Below, piece by piece: positions 19,839 to 27,858 of a stretch of 64,000 bases of DNA. The translations under genes were made by a program, and so were the position numbers. Location of the stretch: NCBI GenBank assembly GCA_963796965.1, contig CAWCNS010000006.1:416001-480000 (forward strand), read 5' to 3'. The notes under the pieces were generated by a model, which was given only the letters and a program-made list of their open reading frames with translations, had not been told where the DNA came from and made no database searches. This stretch comes from Calditrichia bacterium. GTDB lineage: Bacteria; Calditrichota; Calditrichia; JAJRVZ01. Every line of letters starts with the position of its first letter. Position 1 is the first letter of the stretch.

Positions 19839-20807
19839 TTATAAAACATGGTGGCAGCGTTTACCCTTCCACTCAATATTTATACAGGTGTCGTTATTCC
19901 CGGATTCGGGAGAATCAATATTTAATGTACACAAATTATAATTTGCGATCCCTTTTAAACATACAACAGAACGGGATGGCCCATTGTGAGAATTAATCAA
20001 ATCAACCAGAACGCCATGTTCACAACGAAGACATTTCTCGGGTTGATTTTCCTGAATTGTAAAAGTTTTTGCTGCAACAAGCACATCTGCTTTTCTTAAT
20101 GGTATATCATGTCCCCGATCAAAGAACTGAATACGTCCAGGCTTCATAAATTTAAAGCGACCACGATCAATCGACAAATTGGCCTCAAATTCAAGGGAAT
20201 CACCTTTTCGGAATAACATTTTATTTTGTGTTAGAGCAGATATAGAAAGATAATAATTATCGGAGAATAAACTATTATCAATATAACCCTCGTCAAAACG
20301 AATCAAGAAACCATTTGTATCTAATCTATAATGAGATCCCGCTAGTCGCAAGGAAAGAGCTGGGACCACATGAGCAATAATACCTTCGACAGAGACCCTT
20401 CTCTTTTTCAAATCTTCTACCCAGACCTCAAATTCTTCAAAACGTTCATTAAAAGAATGGTATTCTTCTCCTGATCCTAAAAACTCAGGAAAATGGTGCT
20501 GCTTATCTTCATAGAAGTAGCGGCAATTAAAACATTTTCGTCCGACATAGGAGAACCCACGAAAACAAGTTTTTTGTTTGGCCAAGAGACGACATTTCCA
20601 ATTAAAATATACACAGCCATCAGGGTAGCAATTTTTTTCTCTTAATATATAAAAGGGCGATAACTCGGATTTAAAGTGCCGATGAACGTCATGGGTACAC
20701 CGAAACACACCAGATATTTTATATAAGTTTTGTTTTGCTTCTATCATTCTATGTGATTTATCCTTCCCCCGTTTATTCATTATAGGATTTTTCAGTTTTC
20801 TTTTCAA
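19839..20807 (-). CDS. Cys-rich soluble hypothetical protein
   Basis: 13 Cys in N- and C-terminal clusters including CFNC and CLRC; start uncertain. Confidence 0.65.
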   Translation of the reverse strand: MKRKLKNPIMNKRGKDKSHRMIEAKQNLYKISGVFRCTHDVHRHFKSELSPFYILREKNCYPDGCVYFNWKCRLLAKQKTCFRGFSYVGRKCFNCRYFYEDKQHHFPEFLGSGEEYHSFNERFEEFEVWVEDLKKRRVSVEGIIAHVVPALSLRLAGSHYRLDTNGFLIRFDEGYIDNSLFSDNYYLSISALTQNKMLFRKGDSLEFEANLSIDRGRFKFMKPGRIQFFDRGHDIPLRKADVLVAAKTFTIQENQPEKCLRCEHGVLVDLINSHNGPSRSVVCLKGIANYNLCTLNIDSPESGNNDTCINIEWKGKRCHHVL

Positions 20808-21013
20808 GATAAAAGTTACCGCTGCCTATTCTTATTCTGGTAAAATAACACACATGTGCCATTATTAGATGTTTTTTGGAAATTAAAACTCATATTCTGA
20901 AAAGAATTATCAAGGAGTCATGGTTACTTATGTGTTTATATTTATTGGAGTTATAAGAATATCACAAAAAATGTGTAGAAACGATATTGGATAAATGATT
21001 AAGAAAATTTTAA

Positions 21014-21030
21014 TTGGCACGATTGTGGCA
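21014..21030 (+). promoter_or_regulatory. Sigma54 (-24/-12) promoter candidate
   Basis: TTGGCACGATTGTGGCA with GG 21016-17, 10-nt spacer and GC 21028-29; one mismatch to YTGGCACG-N4-TTGCW; 35 nt upstream of the PCAT ATG. Confidence 0.6.
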
Positions 21031-21065
21031 ATTTAGGAAACCATACTATTTAAGAATCGATAAAA

Positions 21066-23315
21066 ATGAAAACAATTATAAAAAAATTATTTCCCAAATT
21101 ACGATATCCATTAATACGTCAGTATGAGCAAAGTGATTGTGGGCCAGCGGCATTACTCAGTCTTTTAACTTACTTTGGTGGGAAAGATACGCTTGAACAT
21201 GTGCGAGAATTGAGTAATACCAATTCCGAGGGAACATCTTTATTTGATTTAATTCAAGCTGCCGGCCATTTAGGCTTCGAGGCAAAAGGTGTCAAGGGGG
21301 ATTATAATACTCTAATAGAAGAAAATATGCCCTGTATCGCTCATGTGGTTTTAGAGAATCGCTTAAATCATTTCATTGTTATATATGAGATTAGTAAGAC
21401 CGGAGTTTTAGTTGGAGATCCGGCAAGGGGGTTGATTAAAATTAAACGAAATGACTTTGAATCTATATGGAAGTCAAATATTGTAATCCTTTTTAAAAGA
21501 GGAGATAATGTCCTAAACAGAGAAATTATAACTGCTATCTCCTGGATAATAACATATTTAAAATCTGAAAATATCTGGATATATCATTCGGTATTTCTTG
21601 GGTTAATATATACGGGTTTGGGTTTATTGACAGCTTTTTTTATTCAGCGGCTTATTGATGAATTTATACCAACGGCGAATCTCCGCAAAATTCTGTTTAC
21701 CGGTGGATTTCTTCTATTTATTTTATCAATTAAAGCCATAACCGGTTATTTGCGTGAATATTTTCTGGTTATTTTGAATAGACGGCTAAGTATATCAATT
21801 AATACCGACTTTATCGGCCATCTTTTCAATCTCCCTAAGGGATTTTTTGATTCACGACGTAAGGGTGATATTACTGCACGAATACACGATTCGATAAAAA
21901 TTCAACAATCAGTCGTTCGAATTAGTGGTTCTACTATTATTGATATTATGGTGATACTCGGATCTCTGACATCTGTTTTTTATTTTTCTAACTTCCTGGG
22001 ATGGTTCGTTTTAATCTGTTTGCCGCTTTATACAATTTTATTGTTAACACATAGCACAGCAATAAGGACCAAACAACAAGAGGTAATGAAAGATTTTGCA
22101 AAAGTAGAATCTGTGTATATCGATAGTTTAAATGGGATTGCTGATATTCTTAGATTTAGAGTCGCTGAATCATTTTCAAACATCAATAGAGTCATTTTTG
22201 GTTTGTTTCAAAATAATATTGCCAATTTAGGAAATATTCGTAATCGCCTGGTTTTATTCTCGGAGTTATCGGGGACGATTATCATAATCTTTGTTTTGAT
22301 AGGTGGTGCCTTGCAAGTGGGAAAGGAAACATTACAACTTGGCGAACTAATTGCAGCCTACTCACTTCTTTCCTATATCCTTCCGGCAATCCATAGGTCT
22401 GTAGATGTTACTTTTTCCTTGCAGGGCGCCTATATCGCCCTGCGAAGATTAATGGAGCTCATCCTTATGGAAAAAGAACAGGATCGGGGAGAATTGCCTT
22501 TCCGTATGGAGAGGTCGTTAACAATAAAGAAGTTAAAATTTTCCTGGGGTGGGGATAAGCCACTTTTTAATGGTATTGACCTTCAGATTCCAAAAGCAGG
22601 TCTTATATCGGTATGGGGACCAAGCGGCGTTGGCAAAAGCACATTGATGTCTCTTCTTCAGCGAATGTATAAACCGCAATCCGGAAATATTTTTGTAGAT
22701 AACACGCCGGTGAATAATATTGATCTGAACGACTATAGAAAAAATGTAACTATTGTTCCTCAGGATATAAAAATATTCAATGGAACGATTGCTGAAAATA
22801 TATTGCTCGGGCGTCCCATAAATTCCTTTAACGATTTAACATTAATAATGGAGCGGTACGGTTTTGCAGAATTTCTGAACAGATTTGGAAATGGTATTTA
22901 TTCGTTGATTGGAGAAGAAAGCCGCCAACTTTCTGGTGGTGAAAAACAGATATTGGGACTTGCCCGGGCTTTGTTTAGTAATCCTTCTATCCTGATAATT
23001 GATGAAGGTCTGAATGCTCTTGATCTTGATATAGAAGATCTTGTGTTATCCATAATTTCAATGTATGCAGTAAAACATGCCATTCTTATCAGCACCCATA
23101 ATCTACGGATAATGAAGAAAACAAGTTTTTTGTATGTATTAAATGATGGTAAGATTGTACAGAAGGGCATACCATCCGCATTGTTACATGATCCAGGTTA
23201 TTTCAGATCAGTGTATGGCACTTGCATAGATGATTCCCGCCGGGATCGTATTAGGAATAAAGATCGGAGGTCTGATTTTCAACAGAACGCCCCCGTCTCG
23301 GTTTCCCTTTCTTAA
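21066..23315 (+). CDS. Peptidase-containing ABC transporter (C39 + ABC TMD + NBD)
   Basis: QYEQSDCGPA (catalytic Cys), NHFIV (His), GDP (Asp); TMD; GPSGVGKS, LSGGEKQ, IIDE. Confidence 0.95.
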   Translation: MKTIIKKLFPKLRYPLIRQYEQSDCGPAALLSLLTYFGGKDTLEHVRELSNTNSEGTSLFDLIQAAGHLGFEAKGVKGDYNTLIEENMPCIAHVVLENRLNHFIVIYEISKTGVLVGDPARGLIKIKRNDFESIWKSNIVILFKRGDNVLNREIITAISWIITYLKSENIWIYHSVFLGLIYTGLGLLTAFFIQRLIDEFIPTANLRKILFTGGFLLFILSIKAITGYLREYFLVILNRRLSISINTDFIGHLFNLPKGFFDSRRKGDITARIHDSIKIQQSVVRISGSTIIDIMVILGSLTSVFYFSNFLGWFVLICLPLYTILLLTHSTAIRTKQQEVMKDFAKVESVYIDSLNGIADILRFRVAESFSNINRVIFGLFQNNIANLGNIRNRLVLFSELSGTIIIIFVLIGGALQVGKETLQLGELIAAYSLLSYILPAIHRSVDVTFSLQGAYIALRRLMELILMEKEQDRGELPFRMERSLTIKKLKFSWGGDKPLFNGIDLQIPKAGLISVWGPSGVGKSTLMSLLQRMYKPQSGNIFVDNTPVNNIDLNDYRKNVTIVPQDIKIFNGTIAENILLGRPINSFNDLTLIMERYGFAEFLNRFGNGIYSLIGEESRQLSGGEKQILGLARALFSNPSILIIDEGLNALDLDIEDLVLSIISMYAVKHAILISTHNLRIMKKTSFLYVLNDGKIVQKGIPSALLHDPGYFRSVYGTCIDDSRRDRIRNKDRRSDFQQNAPVSVSLS

Positions 23316-23350
23316 ACAATAATTCAGAATTTACCATTGAGGGTGAGATT

Positions 23351-24022
23351 TTGTTTAAAAAAACTCAATCAAAGGAATTAACACTTGAGGATCTGTATGC
23401 ACCAAACTGGCAAATTTTCTCCTTTTTGGCAGTGCTAAATGTTTTGATCAGTTTCTGGGCCCATCGTCTCATTTATACTAGAGAAATTTACTATTCACTT
23501 CTCGCAGATCAAATGGAAATAGTTCGTATCGATGAATTTGTGGAGGTCTTAGACCGCTTTTCTCATCTAAGTATGCTGGTAATCCCAGTCGTTATGTTAT
23601 TAAAGCTTATTGTTAATACGTTAATACTTCAAATACCCCTGTTAATAAAAGATATTGAAATCCCTTTTAAAAAAATGTTTCGGATTGTCATGCTTGCATC
23701 CATTATGCTCACTCTGGGCCAACTTGTTCATTATATCTGGATATTTCTAACTCCTGTTGAAAACATAACGAGAGATTTGCTTACTGCAAATCCTTTATCT
23801 TTGGTAATGCTGGTCGGGGTTGAAGGTTATCCGGCCTCCTCTGTATATGTCTTTGCACAGTGTAATGTATTCGAAGTTCTTTGGGGTATGGGTATATATT
23901 TTGGTTTGTTAAGTACCAACAAGATAATAAAAAGTGATATTGCCATGTTGGTCCTAGGTACATGGACGGTCTTGTTATTTCTTCAATATGCCATATTTTT
24001 CTTTATGGGAGAACTCCAGTGA
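23351..24022 (+). CDS. Multi-TM accessory membrane protein (Yip1-like topology)
   Basis: About 5 TM segments in operon context; family call is tentative. Confidence 0.6.
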   Translation: MFKKTQSKELTLEDLYAPNWQIFSFLAVLNVLISFWAHRLIYTREIYYSLLADQMEIVRIDEFVEVLDRFSHLSMLVIPVVMLLKLIVNTLILQIPLLIKDIEIPFKKMFRIVMLASIMLTLGQLVHYIWIFLTPVENITRDLLTANPLSLVMLVGVEGYPASSVYVFAQCNVFEVLWGMGIYFGLLSTNKIIKSDIAMLVLGTWTVLLFLQYAIFFFMGELQ

Positions 24023-24441
24023 ACAGTCCTTCTTTAAGAGTACTTTTTATCGGGATTTTTTTGTTCTCAGCGGTTGTTAAGACGATGGATTTTGAGAAAA
24101 CTACTTTATTGTTGTCATCCATCACCAAGTTTAAAATTGCAGAGACAAGAATCTTATTATCTACACTCATTTTTCTTGAGCTTTGTATTGCGGGATTATC
24201 GTTTTTTAAGGCAGACAGAAAAAAATATGTTTATTGGATGATAATGGGAATTCTTAACTTCTTCCTTGGTTTTTCAGTGGTGATGTGGATTTGGGGAGAA
24301 AGTAATTGTGGTTGTATGGGAACGGTATTTGTGACCACACCTCTCGTCAGTATCATTAAAAACTTAATATTGATCATCTTATTATATTTGATGAGAATGA
24401 ATATAATAAGGAAGCAGAGAGAGAGAGTTCTATCGTTATGA
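24019..24441 (+). CDS. MauE/DoxX-family redox-associated membrane protein
   Basis: FLFSAVVK...LELCIA...SNCGCMG...IIKNLIL; GTG 24019 overlaps the upstream TGA (GTGA) and is in frame with ORF 23962. Confidence 0.8.
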   Translation: MNSPSLRVLFIGIFLFSAVVKTMDFEKTTLLLSSITKFKIAETRILLSTLIFLELCIAGLSFFKADRKKYVYWMIMGILNFFLGFSVVMWIWGESNCGCMGTVFVTTPLVSIIKNLILIILLYLMRMNIIRKQRERVLSL

Positions 24442-24992
24442 TTAAAATGGTTAGTTATTATATCGTGCTTCTTATAGTAGGGTTTATAATTGCATTGGTT
24501 ATATCTTCGAAAAAAACGGAAAGACTTAACGAGGGATCCACCATGCCTGTTTTATGTTATCAAAAAAATAAGGGTGAGAAAGTAATTGAGAGAGATCCAA
24601 CAAAGATGACAGTAATAATATGGTTTCATCCTAATTGTAAACATTGTTTATATCAATTGGATTTGCTTAATGAGAATCTTTCGTCTTTCTATCACGCCCA
24701 ATTTTTTTTCTTTACTGACGACTTAATTTTTCCCGAAGATAGATGTCTGGGGAAATGGCCGAACCTAACTTCAGCGGATAATGTTCGATTTGGTATTATA
24801 GATAAACCTACGTTTGAAGATCATTTTGGCTCAGTTGTAATGCCCTCGGTGTTTATTTTTGACAGAAGTGGAAAATTAACAAACAAAACTTTTGGTGAAG
24901 TAAAAATAGAAAAACTGCTTGAGCTGATAAATACAACGATTGTTCCGGAACATGAAAAAGCGGTTTTAAATAATACCTCCAACCGCGGGTGA
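24438..24992 (+). CDS. Membrane-anchored thioredoxin-fold (TlpA/MauD-like) oxidoreductase
   Basis: N-terminal TM; WFHPNCKHC (CxxC); cis-Pro loop VVMPSVFIFD; ATGA overlap with the upstream gene. Confidence 0.85.
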   Translation: MIKMVSYYIVLLIVGFIIALVISSKKTERLNEGSTMPVLCYQKNKGEKVIERDPTKMTVIIWFHPNCKHCLYQLDLLNENLSSFYHAQFFFFTDDLIFPEDRCLGKWPNLTSADNVRFGIIDKPTFEDHFGSVVMPSVFIFDRSGKLTNKTFGEVKIEKLLELINTTIVPEHEKAVLNNTSNRG

Positions 24993-25023
24993 AATTATGT
25001 ACTATATTTTGTTGAGGTGAACT

Positions 25024-25185
25024 ATGAAAGAAATAACAATTGAAGAAAAGAGAATTTTTATAGGAGGAGCAACATATATTGAATGCTTCTTTGCTGGTGC
25101 AATCTTTGGTGCTGCAATTGCAACCGGGCAGATATTAGCCGCAGCGGGATCAGGATTTTATCTGGCTTCTAATTGTATGAATTAA
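25024..25185 (+). CDS. Double-glycine-leader precursor peptide A (53 aa; not in ORF track)
   Basis: GAGGTG RBS; MKEITIEEKRIFIGG|ATYIECFFAGAIFGAAIATGQILAAAGSGFYLASNCMN*. Confidence 0.85.
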   Translation: MKEITIEEKRIFIGGATYIECFFAGAIFGAAIATGQILAAAGSGFYLASNCMN

Positions 25186-25241
25186 CCTATAATAAGTATA
25201 AACAGAAGAGAATTATTATGGAAAGATCAATCAATAGAAAT

Positions 25242-25409
25242 ATGCAGGACCTTGACGAGAATCAATTAAAATGTTTTAAAGGTGGTAACCAAAACATTTG
25301 TGCGGCCCTTGCAGGAGCGACCCTTTCTTCAGCGGTTCTCCTAAACGGAGCAGGCTTTTTATTTTTCGGTGCCGGATACTTGATTTTTTGTGTTGAGGGA
25401 CATGGTTAA
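25242..25409 (+). CDS. Double-glycine-leader precursor peptide B
   Basis: MQDLDENQLKCFKGG|NQNICAALAGATLSSAVLLNGAGFLFFGAGYLIFCVEGHG*; alternative ATG at 25218. Confidence 0.85.
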   Translation: MQDLDENQLKCFKGGNQNICAALAGATLSSAVLLNGAGFLFFGAGYLIFCVEGHG

Positions 25410-25455
25410 AATTGATATCTTCCCGGTTATTACAACGGGAAGATACCCTTATTAA

Positions 25456-27031
25456 ATGGTGGTTTATATGGAGCAATTAAAGCTTTTAATAAATCTAATT
25501 TATCGTACCTTCTTAAATAAATGGCGTAGTAAAAATGGCGTTTACCTTTTTTTTACCTGTCTTATATCCATTTATTTTGCTTCACAATTATTATCGACCA
25601 GTGGAATGTTGGGCTTTTTTCTTAAAGACATATCAGAATCAAATCTATTTAGCTATTTAACCTATTTTTTTCATTTAATTTTTGTTCTATGGATCATCGC
25701 CCCTTTATTCTTTGGTATTAAACTATCCGCTATGAGGGAATTTTCTCAATTTCAATATTTACCAATTGGAAAAAGTAATTTTGTTTTTTTGAATAATATT
25801 ATGGGACTTATTGGGGTTGGACCAATAGTTACGTTATTTATTGTTTACTCAACTTTATTTCAAAGATTTGATATGAATCCTGGTTTATTTTTCCCAATTT
25901 TATTTTTAGTACTATTATTTATAAATATTTCCGGGACAACAAGTTTTCTTATAAACCATTATATTTTTAACCAACAATATTTCAGATCTACAATTAATAA
26001 ACTTATATTTGGGTCGATAATATCGACCTGCTTTCTGTTTCTTGTTTATTTTAAAGAAGTTGATTTATTCGAGTACTTATACATGTTCTTGCCATCAAAT
26101 CTTCTCGTTTCTGGGATAAGAGGATTGATTGAAGGCAATCCTTATCCATTTACTATCGGATTATCCAGTTTGGGCCTGCTTTTTATCCTTTCTACCCATC
26201 TTTATTCTAACGCTCTTAGTCATGGGACTCCGACTTATCAACTAAAGAAATTACAAAAGAGAAAATATAGTTTTCTCCGATCATATTTTTATTATATAAC
26301 AAAGATGTTACATATGATCGCAATAAAAACTGAACTAAAAATGTTGGTTGCGAAGGATATCATTTATTTTACAAAAAACACCAGATTAATCGTTTGGAAT
26401 ATATTGCAGATCTTTGCTGCTTATGTATTTTTTATGGTATTGGTAAAAAACTTTCCGAATCCTTTTGACAGTACTATTATAATGGTTAGTTTTTTAGGCA
26501 TGTTCAATCTGAGTTTATATATGAATTTGTTCGCTTTCGACTCAAGTGGATTCCAAAGACTATTTTATTTATCCCACCTCATTTAGAAATGTATATATAT
26601 CTAAAAATATAGCAAACCTGTTAATAAACAGCATTATCATGCTGCTAAGTGGCCTGATTGTTTGGTTTACCTTTGATTTAAACATTTCTGGCTTTCAGTT
26701 GCTGATATTGGTTTATTTTTATTTGTATTCAAATCTGATATCACAGAGTTTTGGAAACATATTCTCGATTTATTTTGTAATGAATGTTCCCTTTAATCAA
26801 TCAATGGGTATGTTCAATCCCCTTGCCTCAATAATTATCTCGGTTTGTATTGTATTCATTACCTTAATCCCCTCTATTTTAATTGTCTTTTTAAATGTAG
26901 TGGATGAAATCAAATTTTTTATATCTCTTTTTTCCTTCCTATTAAGTTTCTGTATTTATATTGTTTGTCTAAAATATGCATCAAAAAAACTTCTTGACAG
27001 AAGAATGATAATCTTAAATGAATTAATTTAA
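25456..27031 (+). CDS. Large ABC-2-type permease (export or immunity), split by a frameshift near 26560
   Basis: ORFs 25456..26586 and 26546..27031 join as ...FAFDSSGFQ/YFIYPTSFRNVYISKN...; many TM segments; precedes an ABC ATPase. Confidence 0.7.
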
Positions 27032-27044
27032 AAATGGAAAACAT

Positions 27045-27821
27045 ATGAATATGAGCATCAGGGTAGAAAATTTGGTGAAAGGTTTTAATAATATCTTTGC
27101 GGTGGAAAATCTATCATTTAATTTGTGTCGTGGAGAAATTCTGGGGGTGGTTGGCCCGAATGGTGCTGGTAAAACCACACTAATAAATTTATTAGCAGGT
27201 ATCTATAAACAAGATTCCGGTCATATATTTTATGATGACACCCCGTTTGTACAAAACGACATAAGTTTGAAGAGGCGGTTAGGAATTTTGCCGGAAAGAT
27301 TGGGGATGTTTGAACAGCTAAGAGGGGAGGAGTACTTATACTTTATATCCCGTTTTTATGGGCTTTCAGAAACACACACCCCCAAATATATGGATGAGCT
27401 ATTTCATTTTATGGATATGGAAGAGGATAAAATGAAGTTTATCCATCAATACTCTTCAGGAATGAAGAAAAAAATTGCAATATCAGCTGTTTTAATTCAC
27501 TCTCCAAAGATTGTAATAATGGATGAGCCATTTGAGAACATCGATCCAATATCAATTAAAAATATCAATGATGTATTAAAAAAGTTAGCGCAAGACGGAT
27601 CAACCATTATTATCACATCTCAAAGATTACAGAGTGTAGAAAAAATTTGTTCAGATATTCTTATTTTAGAGCAGGGAAAAAACATTTTGTTTGACAAGAT
27701 GGCAAATATTCAGTCCTATATGAAGGAAAGCATCAAAAAAGGACAAAATTCCTCCCTGGAGCAATTATTTTTTGATATTATGAAAACAAGAGATCAGGAA
27801 AAATCCCTTTCCTGGATTTAG
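27045..27821 (+). CDS. ABC transporter ATP-binding protein
   Basis: GPNGAGKTT, YSSGMKKK, MDEPF. Confidence 0.92.
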   Translation: MNMSIRVENLVKGFNNIFAVENLSFNLCRGEILGVVGPNGAGKTTLINLLAGIYKQDSGHIFYDDTPFVQNDISLKRRLGILPERLGMFEQLRGEEYLYFISRFYGLSETHTPKYMDELFHFMDMEEDKMKFIHQYSSGMKKKIAISAVLIHSPKIVIMDEPFENIDPISIKNINDVLKKLAQDGSTIIITSQRLQSVEKICSDILILEQGKNILFDKMANIQSYMKESIKKGQNSSLEQLFFDIMKTRDQEKSLSWI

Positions 27822-27858
27822 TAGAAATATATATTAGCAGGCAAAAATAAGATCAACG

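Noticed and set aside
20920..20994. 24-aa ORF MVTYVFIFIGVIRISQKMCRNDIG upstream of the PCAT as a third precursor
   Set aside because: No GG leader, AGGAG only 2 nt from the ATG, and it lies upstream of the candidate promoter.
25173..25241. N-terminal extension of precursor B given in the ORF track (78 aa)
   Set aside because: It starts at a non-ATG codon overlapping precursor A; ATG 25242 (15-aa leader like A) or ATG 25218 is more plausible.
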